From: Candidatus Krumholzibacteriia bacterium
Lineage (GTDB): Bacteria; Krumholzibacteriota; Krumholzibacteriia; WVZY01; JAKEHA01
Length of the DNA stretch: 38,088 nucleotides
Assembly (NCBI GenBank): GCA_035279765.1
Contig: DATEHD010000123.1
Span: 1 to 38,088, forward strand
Reading direction: 5' to 3'
Of the stretch, positions 1 through 10,350 are shown one piece after another. Every line of letters starts with the position of its first letter. The stretch's first letter is position 1. The notes under the pieces are model-generated. The model was given only the letters and a program-made list of their open reading frames with translations, was not told the DNA's origin and searched no databases. The position numbers and the translations under genes were made by a program.

Positions 1-1
1 C

Positions 2-76
2 CGTCAGGAATTCGTCATTCGTGAAGGCGAGACGACCGAGGTCAGAGTCGAGATCGCGGGCCACATCGTTTACTGA
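2..76 (+). CDS. 3' end of a gene running in from the left edge (C-terminal fragment only)
   Basis: Frame 2 is open from the window edge to TGA at 74-76 and reads RQEFVIREGETTEVRVEIAGHIVY*, a beta-strand-like alternating pattern. It is convergent with the next gene. Too short to assign a family. Confidence 0.3.
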   Translation, partial: RQEFVIREGETTEVRVEIAGHIVY

Positions 77-104
77 TCCTGCTTCGCGCGGATGTCCCCC
101 AACC

Positions 105-671
105 TCAGCCCTGACCCATCTGCGCTTCGAGCCGCCGCAGCGTCCGGATGGAGTCGTCCACTTCCCCTGCGATCACCTGCATGGCCGCCTGCAATCCGTC
201 CACCTCGGACCTCATGGTGCCCGTCTCAGTGGTCGTCTCATCATCCAGCAGGTGCTTGTACTGCGCCAGCGTGGACTTGAGCTCCGCGGCCATGGAACCC
301 ATCGCATCGCTCACGCGCTGCATCATGAGAATTTCGCTCTTGTCGGCGCCGTGATGCAACGCGGCGAGGCTCGAGAACGACTGCGAGAGCGAAAGCGATT
401 CCTTCATCAGTGCGTCCATGCGCGTCATCGTCGAATCGACGTCGGTCTTGAGCTGCAGTTGGTCCACCGTCACCGGTGCACCAACCGGCCCCGACACCGG
501 CATCACCGGTGGCGGCGCGTTCGGATCGGTCTGCCGTCCGGGCCCCGGGTGCTTCTGCGGCTCCTCTGCGGGACGCTGATGCATCGCCTGGGCCCGGGCG
601 TCGACGTGGCCAAGCACGGTGGTCGTTGCCATCACGGCAAGGATCGCCACGGCTGCGATTGGCTTTTTCAT
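105..671 (-). CDS. Secreted Met/His-rich helical protein, unknown function
   Basis: 188-aa ORF. Signal peptide MKKPIAAVAILAVMATTTVLGHVDARA. GGGAGG Shine-Dalgarno 7 nt upstream of the ATG at 671. Pro-rich linker followed by a Met-rich helical region. Confidence 0.6.
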   Translation of the reverse strand: MKKPIAAVAILAVMATTTVLGHVDARAQAMHQRPAEEPQKHPGPGRQTDPNAPPPVMPVSGPVGAPVTVDQLQLKTDVDSTMTRMDALMKESLSLSQSFSSLAALHHGADKSEILMMQRVSDAMGSMAAELKSTLAQYKHLLDDETTTETGTMRSEVDGLQAAMQVIAGEVDDSIRTLRRLEAQMGQG

Positions 672-732
672 TTCAGGACCTCCCTTGCCCGTGATACGTC
701 CCAGTGGCCAGGAGATTCCGTGAATTCCGCCG

Positions 733-2115
733 CTACTCCGGCCGGATGTTCTGATTCACCCGGAACAGATTGGCGGGATCGTACATACGCTTCACGCGCA
801 CCAGACGGTTGTAGTTCGAACCGTACGCCGCGCGCACGCGCTCCGACTCGTCCTCGCTCTGGAAGTTCACGTAAACACCGCCGGTGGAAAACCGCGCGGC
901 AGCGCGGTAAAACTCACGCGCCCATGCAATACAGCGTGCGTCATCGGCTGGATCTTCCCAACGCGAGTGCACATTGACCACAAACCGGGCATCCCGATGG
1001 GGGTATGCAGTGGTCTCAGCCGCGGGCCGCGCGGTGGCTCCGCCCATCGACACCAGGATCAACTCGCACATCGGCGACGGCAGCGCATCGGTTGTCTCCA
1101 TCAGCACGTCGCACAGACCATCGGCCAGCGACGTGAAATTGTGCGACTTCCAGTAGTTGCGTGCGCGCGGTGCGAGCAAGGGGTCAAGGGCCTGCTGCCA
1201 GCCGGCATAAGGCATGACACCCACGTGCTCGCCCACCGGCGTACCCAGCTTGCGCAAGGGATCGATCAGTTTCTCGCCCTGCGACGGATCGCCGGCGTAG
1301 CACATCGCCAGCACCAGGATGCCGGTCCCGTGCACAGCCTCGGGCAGGAACGGAAGCGGCGGTGCATTGCGCAGGATCGCCCACACGGTGAGGTCGTCCG
1401 GCGCGGTGGCGATGAACTCGCGGTACTGCGCGAGCACGGACTTCGCCTGCGACCTCGGGTACACGACGAACCCGGCCAGCAGGTTTGGTCCCACTTCGTG
1501 CAGGTGGAACTCGAAGCGTGTCACCACGCCAAAGTTTCCGCTGCCGCCACGGAGCGCCCAGAAAAGATCGGGATGCTCGTTGGCGCTGGCGTGCAGCACG
1601 CGACCGTCGGCGGTCACCACTTCGGCGGCCACCAGGTTGTCCACGGTCATGCCGTACTTGCGGCTCAACCAGCCGAAACCGCCGCCGAGCGTGAGACCGG
1701 CAACGCCGGTGGTGGAGTTGATCCCGAGCGGTGTGGCGAGCCCATGCGCCTGGGTGGCAGCGTCGACATCCGCGAGAAGCGCTCCCGCCTCCACCGTGGC
1801 GCGTTTGGATTCGAGATCGACGCGCACGGATTTCATTCCCGACATGTCGATCACCATGCCGCCATCGTTGAGGGCACTGCCGGCGACGTTGTGACCGCCG
1901 CCGCGCACGGACACAAGCATGTGGTAGTCACGCGCGTAGTTCACCGCGCGTACGACGTCGGCCGTGCTGGCGCAGCGCACGATCATGGCAGGGCGCCTGT
2001 CGATCATGGCGTTCCAGATGGCACGAGCGTCGTCGTAACCGGGATCGGGTGGAAGAATCAATTCGCCGGTGAGGTCGTTCCGGAGCTCACCGAGTTTGGT
2101 GGCGACTGCGTTCAT
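733..2115 (-). CDS. FAD-binding oxidoreductase, FAD-linked oxidase / berberine-bridge-enzyme-like
   Basis: 460 aa. FAD_binding_4-type motif VSVRGGGHNVAG. C-terminal BBE-like YVNF...NYNRLVRVKRMYDPANLFRVNQNI. AAGGAG SD before the ATG at 2115. Confidence 0.9.
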   Translation of the reverse strand: MNAVATKLGELRNDLTGELILPPDPGYDDARAIWNAMIDRRPAMIVRCASTADVVRAVNYARDYHMLVSVRGGGHNVAGSALNDGGMVIDMSGMKSVRVDLESKRATVEAGALLADVDAATQAHGLATPLGINSTTGVAGLTLGGGFGWLSRKYGMTVDNLVAAEVVTADGRVLHASANEHPDLFWALRGGSGNFGVVTRFEFHLHEVGPNLLAGFVVYPRSQAKSVLAQYREFIATAPDDLTVWAILRNAPPLPFLPEAVHGTGILVLAMCYAGDPSQGEKLIDPLRKLGTPVGEHVGVMPYAGWQQALDPLLAPRARNYWKSHNFTSLADGLCDVLMETTDALPSPMCELILVSMGGATARPAAETTAYPHRDARFVVNVHSRWEDPADDARCIAWAREFYRAAARFSTGGVYVNFQSEDESERVRAAYGSNYNRLVRVKRMYDPANLFRVNQNIRPE

Positions 2116-2145
2116 GGCAATTTCTCCTTCTTGGTTTCGTTTGAG

Positions 2146-2970
2146 TTATGCGCGATCAATGACGACTTCGAGATAGTCACCGGCCACGACGAGCGTGTCG
2201 CCGCCCCGGTGGTAGCGCGCGAGCAGATCCAGCATGGCCTGCTGCAACGCCGCGCGGCCGGCATCGTCGAGCGCGAGAAACGCCTTGTGCACGGGCCCGT
2301 AGTAGGAACGGAACGTGTCGATCCAGCTCTGCGCCGAATGCTCGCGGAAGACGAACTGCTTGTGCTCGGTTCGGATGTCCTTCGCGTACGGTCCGAACAG
2401 CTCGACCAGGCGCGCTTCGCTTCCCCACGCGGCGGGCGAACGAACACCGTCGGGCGGCGGAACGAAGCGGCCCACGACCTTGAAGAGCTCGCCGATGAAG
2501 CCGTCGGGCGTCCAATTGGCCAGACCGATGCGCCCGCCGGGACGCACGACGCGCAACATCTCGGCGGCAGCGCGCTCCTGGTTGGGCGCGAACATCACGC
2601 CGAAGGTGGACAGCGCCACGTCGAACTCGGCGGTCTTGAACGGGAGCTCTTCGGCATCGGCCACCCAGGTTTCCATGACCAGGCCTTCCGCATCGGCGCG
2701 GCGTCGTCCCTGCGACAGGAGCTCGGCGACGTAGTCGGTGGACGTCACCCGCGCGAGACGGCGCGCGGCGGCGAGTGACGCGTTGCCGTTGCCCGCGGCG
2801 ACGTCGATCACGCGCTCGCCGGCGCGGATGTCCACTGCCTCGGCCAGTGATTCGCCGACAATCTGCAGCGTGACACCGATACGCCCGAAATCACCCGAGG
2901 CCCACATGGCCTGCTGGCGGGTCTTGAGTTCACGAAAGTCCGTGAGAGTCGGACTGCTGACGGTTTGCAT
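2146..2970 (-). CDS. Class I SAM-dependent methyltransferase
   Basis: Motif I VIDVAAGNGNASL and typical Methyltransf_11 spacing. Start chosen at MQTVSS (ATG 2970), which has GGAGGA 6 nt upstream, rather than the longer ORF start at 3012. Confidence 0.85.
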   Translation of the reverse strand: MQTVSSPTLTDFRELKTRQQAMWASGDFGRIGVTLQIVGESLAEAVDIRAGERVIDVAAGNGNASLAAARRLARVTSTDYVAELLSQGRRRADAEGLVMETWVADAEELPFKTAEFDVALSTFGVMFAPNQERAAAEMLRVVRPGGRIGLANWTPDGFIGELFKVVGRFVPPPDGVRSPAAWGSEARLVELFGPYAKDIRTEHKQFVFREHSAQSWIDTFRSYYGPVHKAFLALDDAGRAALQQAMLDLLARYHRGGDTLVVAGDYLEVVIDRA

Positions 2971-3205
2971 GAGCGTCCTCCAGTCGAATTTTCTGCATGG
3001 GCCAATTCCCATGGCCGCAATATCTCAAACTCGATTGGCTTGACGCCCTGCCGCACGTCGCTAAGATTGTGCTGATCGTCCGGGAGTCGCCGCGATGTTC
3101 GGGGCTCGCCCGCTCGGTCAGATCCTCGCCCGGGGAATGCCCATCTGTAGCGGGCTGCGGATTCCCTCGCGGGTCGACCCCGAACACCGCGGAAAGCGAC
3201 ATATA

Positions 3206-4237
3206 ATGAGTGGCGACACCCTTTCCGACCTACTTCGCGCCGTGCGCTTGCGGGGTGCCCTCTTCTTCTATGTCGAGGGCTGCCACCCATGGGTGGCGGA
3301 AACACCGAACCAGCGCGAAGTCATTCCCGCCATCCTTCCGGGTGTGGATCACATGATGGAGTTCCACGGCGTCGCACAGGGCTCGTGCTGGGCAGGCATT
3401 GCCGGCGAGAAGCCGGTTCGCTGCGAGGAAGGCGACCTCGTCCTTTTTCCGCAGGGAGACGCGCACGTGATGTCGAGCGCGCCAGGACTGCGCGCGCGCG
3501 AAGTCGACCCCGGCATTTTCTTCACCCCACGACCACCCCAACTTCCCTTCGCGCTCAGCATGAATGAACAGGGCGAAGCGACCGCGCTGCTCGATGGCGG
3601 CGGCGAGGACAAGACGACGATCGTGTGCGGCTTCCTGGGCTGCGACGCACGCCCGTTCAATCCGCTGCTGGCGTCGATGCCGCGCGTGCTGCACATCCCC
3701 GGGCTGGCACGCGACTCATCATGGGTGGGCACATTTCTCCGCTCGGTGGTGGAGGAGTCGAATCGGAAGCGCCCCGGCGGCGAAGCGGTGCTCGAGCGCA
3801 TGAGCGAAATGCTGTTCGTGGAAGTCCTGCGGCGCTATGTCGACAGCATGCCGGCGGGGCAAACGGGTTGGCTGGCGGGAATGCGGGACGCGTCGGTGGG
3901 ACGTGCGCTCTCGCTCATGCACGACAACCCTGCGCAAGCATGGACCATCGAGCGGCTCGGCGAGGAAGCGGGCCTCTCGCGCTCGGCTTTGCACGAGCGC
4001 TTCGTCCACTTCATCGGGCAGCCTCCCATGCAATACCTGGCCGCCTGGCGCATGCAGCTGGCCGCGGCGCTCCTGCGCGACACCGATTCCAAGGTGATCG
4101 AAGTGGCACTCGATGTCGGCTACGAGAATGAGACCGCGTTCTCGCGCGCGTTCCGCCGCGCCGTCGGAGAGTCACCGGCAGCCTGGAGAAGATCGCGTCG
4201 CAGCCGGTCCACCAGGCCGGCGCGCACGCTGTCCTGA
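3206..4237 (+). CDS. AraC family transcriptional regulator with N-terminal cupin-type sensor domain
   Basis: N-terminus LSDLLRAVRLRGALFFYVE is typical of cupin-AraC regulators. C-terminal HTH_18 region WTIERLGEEAGLSRSALHERF...GYENETAFSRAFRRAVGESPAAWRR. Divergent from the methyltransferase/FAD-oxidase pair. Confidence 0.85.
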   Translation: MSGDTLSDLLRAVRLRGALFFYVEGCHPWVAETPNQREVIPAILPGVDHMMEFHGVAQGSCWAGIAGEKPVRCEEGDLVLFPQGDAHVMSSAPGLRAREVDPGIFFTPRPPQLPFALSMNEQGEATALLDGGGEDKTTIVCGFLGCDARPFNPLLASMPRVLHIPGLARDSSWVGTFLRSVVEESNRKRPGGEAVLERMSEMLFVEVLRRYVDSMPAGQTGWLAGMRDASVGRALSLMHDNPAQAWTIERLGEEAGLSRSALHERFVHFIGQPPMQYLAAWRMQLAAALLRDTDSKVIEVALDVGYENETAFSRAFRRAVGESPAAWRRSRRSRSTRPARTLS

Positions 4238-4590
4238 CCCCTCCTCTTTTTTCCCCTTTCCCCAACTATATCGGAACGGACGTTGCGGAGGCTTGTCACC
4301 TCCCCAGGGCGTTTCGGACGCCCGACTCCGCGAAAAATGCGGCACAACGGGAAAGCACGCGACATCACACGCAGCGCGACTCCTTCATGAGGAACAACGA
4401 GGAAGCATGCGCCATGCGCGATTTCGCCAACGGGAGAAGGGGCTCTTTTCACCACCCATGTTCCGGGTCGTGTAACTCAGACATGGCGTCCTCATGCGAC
4501 AAACCGGCACACCCCGGATAATCAACTAGCTGCTTGTCACACCATCGTTTGCGCGCGAAATCAGCATTCTGCTGAGCGGCAAAAATGTAG

Positions 4591-4606
4591 TGGCACATGG
4601 ATTGCC
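4591..4606 (+). promoter_or_regulatory. Candidate sigma54 (RpoN) -24/-12 promoter for flp1
   Basis: TGGCAC-ATGGA-TTGC matches TGGCAC-N5-TTGC with canonical GG-N10-GC spacing. It lies about 96 nt upstream of the flp1 ATG inside a 460-bp non-coding region. Confidence 0.55.
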
Positions 4607-4701
4607 TTTTACCGCCGCGTCCGGCGAACACAACTCGACGGACAACCTGTTCTAAATCGGCGCGTTCCTCTTCGCTCCTCACCTTCTGAAGGGAAGGAAT
4701 C

Positions 4702-4869
4702 ATGAATTACCTGCATCGTTTTGTCCGTGAAGAAGACGGACAGGACATGGTCGAGTACGCCCTGTTGGCGGCGTTCATTTCGATTGTCGCCATCGCCGCG
4801 CTCAAGGCCATCGGCCCTCTCGTCAACGCGATCTACCTCAAGGTCCAGGCCGCGCTGACGGGCGCCTAA
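4702..4869 (+). CDS. flp: Flp family type IVb pilin (prepilin), copy 1
   Basis: 55-aa ORF absent from the ORF track: MNYLHRFVREEDGQDMVEYALLAAFISIVAIAALKAIGPLVNAIYLKVQAALTGA. Flp motif G/xxxxEY followed by a hydrophobic helix. GGAAGG SD. First gene of the tad locus. Confidence 0.85.
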   Translation: MNYLHRFVREEDGQDMVEYALLAAFISIVAIAALKAIGPLVNAIYLKVQAALTGA

Positions 4870-4911
4870 CTCAAAGGGACGGGGGTACGCCTCCTGTCCG
4901 CGGAGGTCACG

Positions 4912-5490
4912 ATGTACACGACCACCATGGAAGTGTTGTCCGCAATTCTGATCGCAGTTGTGGTCGGAACCGCCATCGTTACCGACGTGCGCTCGAGGCG
5001 TATCCCCAACACCCTTACGTTCCCGGCGCTCCTCGCTGCTCTCGTGGTTCGATTTGCATTCCAGGGCTGGGCCGGACTCGGCCTCGCGCTGCTCGGGGCA
5101 ATAATTGCCCCGCTCATCTTGTTGATCGTCCACCTCGGCAAAGGAATCGGGATGGGAGATTTGAAGCTGGCGGCCGCGGTCGGAGCGTTCCTCGGCCCGG
5201 CCGGAGCTGTCGCCGCGATGCTGGCTTCCGCGATTCTCGGTGGTGTGCTGGCAATGGCACTTCTCATGCAACGCGGCCAGTTGCTGGCGGAATTCTTCAG
5301 TCTTTTCGCGGTCGGTGTTCCCTTTCTCAAGCGCAAGCACGAGACGAAAATGCCGGCCAACACGTCGCCCCTGGTCACAACCATGCCCTACGGGGTGGCG
5401 ATTGCCATCGGGACGCTCTCAACGCTGGCGGGTTATGCATGGCTGGGATCGTCCCTGCCGTCATTTGCTCAAATCGCTGCCAGGCTGTAG
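4912..5490 (+). CDS. cpaA: Prepilin peptidase, A24 family (CpaA/TadV)
   Basis: 192-aa polytopic membrane protein. Two catalytic-Asp contexts, TDVRSRRIPN and GMGDLKLAAAVG. GGAGG SD 5 nt before the ATG. Confidence 0.85.
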   Translation: MYTTTMEVLSAILIAVVVGTAIVTDVRSRRIPNTLTFPALLAALVVRFAFQGWAGLGLALLGAIIAPLILLIVHLGKGIGMGDLKLAAAVGAFLGPAGAVAAMLASAILGGVLAMALLMQRGQLLAEFFSLFAVGVPFLKRKHETKMPANTSPLVTTMPYGVAIAIGTLSTLAGYAWLGSSLPSFAQIAARL

Positions 5491-5616
5491 TCGGGTTTGC
5501 ACTCGTGTTTCCCGCTGCCGCGGTCTGAGGATTTTAAAAAAGGCACAATTCCCTTGCGAACGACGTCGATCATGCGACACGAGTCGTAGAGAAAGACGCG
5601 AACGGTAGGTAGGGTC

Positions 5617-6501
5617 ATGGATAAACGTGGACTCATCTTCATCGTGGTAGCGCTCGTCATGGCCAGCATGGCTGCGGCCGGCGTCTACCTGTACCTCAAG
5701 ACTGTACCCGGCGCCGAAGCAGGCGCGCCCGTGACGACGCCCGTCGTCGTGGCGAGCCGCGACCTCACCTTCGGCACCACGCTCAAAGAAGAGCACCTCA
5801 GGGTGGTCGAATTTCCCAAGGGCGCCCTTCCGACGGGCAGCTACTCGAGCGTGGACAGCGTGCTCAGCCAGACGACGAAGGTGTTCGTCGTGGCCGGTGA
5901 GCCCATCCTGGCCTCGAAGCTCAGCGCCATCGGCGGCGGCCTCTCCGTTCGCGTGCCGGCCGACCTGCGCGCCATGAGCCTCAAGGTCAACGAAGTGACC
6001 GGCGTGTCCGGCTTCGTGCTCCCGGGTGATCGCGTTGACGTGCTCGTCACGATCGACAACGCGGCCGGCGCCATGAACGCTGTCACCAACACGATTCTTC
6101 AGGATCTCGAAGTCCTCGCCGCCGGTGTGAAGACCGAGACCAAGAACAACCAGAACGTGACCGTGCAGACGGTGACCGTGCTTGTCAATCCGGACGGCGC
6201 CGAGAAGCTGGCACTCGCAGTCGACCAGGGCAGCGTGCACCTGTCGCTGCGCAACCCCGTCGACCGCTCCATCACGCAGCAGACGTCCAAAGATGTGCGC
6301 ACCGTCCTCGGAATGAATGGCAACAACGACAACAAGAAGCCGACGGTGATCTATCGCACGGCACCGGTGGCCGTCACCAAGGCCGAACCCGTGCCCGTCA
6401 AGGAAGAGCAGCCGACGTTCACCGTCATTCGCGACGGCAAGATTTCGAAACAGGAATCGCCCACCCCGGCGGGCGCGAAAGATTCGTCGAAGGATCAGTA
6501 A
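5617..6501 (+). CDS. cpaB: Flp pilus assembly protein CpaB/RcpC
   Basis: 294 aa. N-terminal TM anchor LIFIVVALVMASMAAAGVYLYL, then SAF-like and RcpC-type beta domains. Position between peptidase and secretin is canonical. Confidence 0.85.
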   Translation: MDKRGLIFIVVALVMASMAAAGVYLYLKTVPGAEAGAPVTTPVVVASRDLTFGTTLKEEHLRVVEFPKGALPTGSYSSVDSVLSQTTKVFVVAGEPILASKLSAIGGGLSVRVPADLRAMSLKVNEVTGVSGFVLPGDRVDVLVTIDNAAGAMNAVTNTILQDLEVLAAGVKTETKNNQNVTVQTVTVLVNPDGAEKLALAVDQGSVHLSLRNPVDRSITQQTSKDVRTVLGMNGNNDNKKPTVIYRTAPVAVTKAEPVPVKEEQPTFTVIRDGKISKQESPTPAGAKDSSKDQ

Positions 6502-6539
6502 TCCGGTTGCCGGAATCTCAATCAGAAATGGAGTGCAAG

Positions 6540-7685
6540 ATGTCCTGGTTGTCAAAAAGCATAAAAGCGATCTCGCGACTCGCACTGGCCGTCGCACTCG
6601 TCGCTGCCCCCGCGGCTGCGCAGGCTGCGACGACGAAGACACAGAGCAATCCGCAGATCAACGTGATCGTGGGACAGTCGGTGACCCACAAGCTTGACAC
6701 GAAAGTCAAGACGGTCTCGATCTCCGACTCGGACATCGCCGACGTTGTGGTGGCGGGACCGAATGAAGTTCTTGTCAACGGCAAGAAGATCGGGCTCACC
6801 ACGCTTGTGATCTGGGACGATGCGAACAATTCGCGCATGTTCAACGTGACCGTGCGCGGACCGTTCAGCGACCAGAAGATCGAACTGCGCGTGAAGCTGG
6901 CGGAAGTCAACCGTCAGAAGGCGCTCGACCTCGGCTTCAACTTCTTCGGTCAGACGGAACAGAACGGCGCGACGTACTCCGGTGCGTTGGCTCCGGTGCC
7001 CATCCCGACCGACCAGGCCAATGCGCTCTTCAGTTACATCAAGGGCACGGACCAGATCACCGCGGCGATCAAAGCCCTGGAGACCAACGGCGTGCTGAAG
7101 ATCCTGGCCGAGCCCACCGTGATCGCGGCCAGCGGCGAGGAAGCTCATTTCCTCTCCGGTGGCGAGATTCCGGTGCCGGTTGCCGTGACGCCCAACGGAG
7201 CCACGGGAACCACCGTCACCATTGAATGGAAAGAGTTCGGCACCAAGGTTCACTTCGTACCGACGATCGTCGACACCGGTGTCATCAACCTGGTGGTTTC
7301 GCCCGAGGTCAGCCAGCTCGACTACAACAACGCGGTTCTGCTCTCCGGCTTCCGGATTCCGGCGATTCGCGTCCGCAAAGCGGAGACGACTGTGGAGCTT
7401 TCCGACCAGGAGAGCCTCGTCATCGGCGGGCTCATCCAGACCACGGAGACCAAGATCAAGAAATCGATTCCCATCCTGGGACACATTCCCCTGCTCGGCT
7501 ATCTGTTCTCCGACTACCAGACGCAGAAGGACGAGAGCGAGCTCCTGATTGTCGTATCGCCGCACCTCGTGCGCGCGCTCGCACCGGGCGCTACTGTCGA
7601 TCTGCCGGGCGCGGGTCCCCAGAACATGAACGTGCGTCCCGAAGATATGCATACCGATGAGAAGTCGGATGCCAAAGGCAAGTGA
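6540..7685 (+). CDS. cpaC: Tad secretin CpaC/RcpA (type II/III secretion system secretin family)
   Basis: Signal peptide MSWLSKSIKAISRLALAVALVAAPAAAQA. N-terminal BON/T2SS-N-like region. Secretin core GVLKILAEPTVIAASGEEAHFLSGGEIPV...IPILGHIPLLGYLFS. Start at 6540 preferred because GGAG lies 6 nt upstream; the ORF-track start at 6507 is a TTG. Confidence 0.85.
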   Translation: MSWLSKSIKAISRLALAVALVAAPAAAQAATTKTQSNPQINVIVGQSVTHKLDTKVKTVSISDSDIADVVVAGPNEVLVNGKKIGLTTLVIWDDANNSRMFNVTVRGPFSDQKIELRVKLAEVNRQKALDLGFNFFGQTEQNGATYSGALAPVPIPTDQANALFSYIKGTDQITAAIKALETNGVLKILAEPTVIAASGEEAHFLSGGEIPVPVAVTPNGATGTTVTIEWKEFGTKVHFVPTIVDTGVINLVVSPEVSQLDYNNAVLLSGFRIPAIRVRKAETTVELSDQESLVIGGLIQTTETKIKKSIPILGHIPLLGYLFSDYQTQKDESELLIVVSPHLVRALAPGATVDLPGAGPQNMNVRPEDMHTDEKSDAKGK

Positions 7686-7768
7686 TTGAAATGATGCGCC
7701 AGAAGATGTTGAGCATGTTGAAGGCAGGTCTTGCACCGATTCAGTAAAGGGCTGGAGGAGAGTCAATC

Positions 7769-8929
7769 ATGGTTTCGAACGGTAACTTGAGACTCGTGGT
7801 CATCGACAGCGACGCGGCCGTGTCCGCTTTCGTCAAGCACTGGGCGAATGGCAAGGGTGTGCGGGTGGTTGGCGAAGCGGAGGACACGGCGGCCGGCCTG
7901 CGCCTGACACGCAGTCTGCAGCCCGATCTCGTGCTGCTCGAGCTCCCGCTCCAGGCCACTCCCGCGATGGAGTTCGTACGCCGCATTCGCAGCGAATTCC
8001 CCAGCACCGGCATCATCGTGAGCGCGACCGAGGCCTCACCGCAGCTCGTGCTCTCCTGCATCCGCGCCGGCGCGCATGAGTTTGTGCCGCGCCCGATCGA
8101 CGGGTCCGAGCTCGAGAAGGCGGTCAGTCACATCCGCCAGCTCTCAAGCGTGACGCTCTCGGGCAAGAAGCGCGGAAAGGTGATTTCCGTGGTGTCGTCC
8201 AAGGGGGGCATCGGCGCGACGACGTTCACCTCCAATCTCGGTCTCGCGCTCGCCCAGCGCAGCGAGTCGAAGGTGGTGCTCGTTGACATGAGTCTTCCCT
8301 TCGGCGACCTCGGCGTCATGCTCGACGCGCCCGCGCGCTACAGCCTGACCGACGCCCTCGTCGAGGGCGCGATCGAAGAATCGAAGCTCCGCTCGGTGCT
8401 GGTTGCCAGCGTCCCGGGCGTGCACCTGCTCTCGATCGCCGGGAGCCCCGAGGTCGCGGAAGAGATCACGCGCCAGCACATGATCGAGCTGGCCGGCATT
8501 CTCTCCACCATGTTCGACTACGTCGTCATCGATATCGGCCGCCAGCTCGACGACCGCACCGTGGAAGTGCTCGAGCTGTCGGACTCCATCATGTTGATCT
8601 CGTCGCTCGATCTGCCGACGGTTCGCAACACCGTCTGTTTCGCCGGCATTCTCACACGGCTCAAGATCGACCGCGAAAAGATTCATGTCGTCGTCAACCG
8701 CTTCCAGAAGAAGAGCCGCCTCACTGTCGACGATGTCGAGGCCATGGTGGACCGCCGCGTCTTCTGGTCGATTCCGAACGATTACGAGCCGGTGAGCATG
8801 GGCATCGACCGCGGTGTTCCCGCGGTGCAGCATGCGCCGCGCTCCAAGGTGGCAAAGAGTTACCTGGACCTCGCAGACCGGGTTCACGGAGAAACGGTGC
8901 AAACGGACCGGGTCGAAACGGTGGCATAG
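7769..8929 (+). CDS. cpaE: CpaE/TadZ: atypical receiver domain fused to a ParA/MinD-like ATPase domain
   Basis: 386 aa. N-terminal CheY-like fold (LRLVVIDSD...DLVLLELP...IIVSAT...FVPRP). C-terminal deviant Walker A VVSSKGGIGATT. Strong SD GGAGGAG. Confidence 0.85.
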   Translation: MVSNGNLRLVVIDSDAAVSAFVKHWANGKGVRVVGEAEDTAAGLRLTRSLQPDLVLLELPLQATPAMEFVRRIRSEFPSTGIIVSATEASPQLVLSCIRAGAHEFVPRPIDGSELEKAVSHIRQLSSVTLSGKKRGKVISVVSSKGGIGATTFTSNLGLALAQRSESKVVLVDMSLPFGDLGVMLDAPARYSLTDALVEGAIEESKLRSVLVASVPGVHLLSIAGSPEVAEEITRQHMIELAGILSTMFDYVVIDIGRQLDDRTVEVLELSDSIMLISSLDLPTVRNTVCFAGILTRLKIDREKIHVVVNRFQKKSRLTVDDVEAMVDRRVFWSIPNDYEPVSMGIDRGVPAVQHAPRSKVAKSYLDLADRVHGETVQTDRVETVA

Positions 8930-8944
8930 CCAAGGAGACGGGTC

Positions 8945-10348
<1,404 letters not shown>

Positions 10349-10350
10349 CC

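Noticed and set aside
967-2778. 603-aa ORF on the plus strand (plus the neighbouring 21-977 ORF)
   Set aside because: It lies antisense to the FAD oxidase and methyltransferase genes, both of which have clear domain motifs and SDs. Its translation is R/H/G/A-rich low-complexity sequence, typical of shadow ORFs in high-GC DNA.
4291-4540. 9-nt direct repeat GCTTGTCAC at 4291-4299 and 4532-4540 in the flp1 leader region
   Set aside because: The copies are 241 bp apart. A single 9-mer recurrence in about 460 bp is close to chance expectation (order 0.4 by rough estimate).
4449-4703. 84-aa minus-strand ORF in the flp1 upstream region
   Set aside because: It has no SD. Its start overlaps the flp1 start codon. 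It runs across the sigma54 promoter candidate. The sequence has no recognisable features.
4870-4911. Possible attenuator hairpin between flp1 and the prepilin peptidase gene
   Set aside because: Only an imperfect stem (4+2+1 bp with mismatches, 3-nt loop) and no U-tract. Not convincing by eye.
5541-5557. Second sigma54-like element AGGCAC-N7-TTGC upstream of cpaB
   Set aside because: GG-to-GC spacing is 12 nt instead of the required 10, and the leading T of TGGCAC is missing.
5461-7766. Minus-strand ORFs of 393 aa (5461-6642) and 404 aa (6552-7766)
   Set aside because: Antisense to cpaB and cpaC. R/G/H/D-rich with no recognisable motif. High-GC shadow ORFs.
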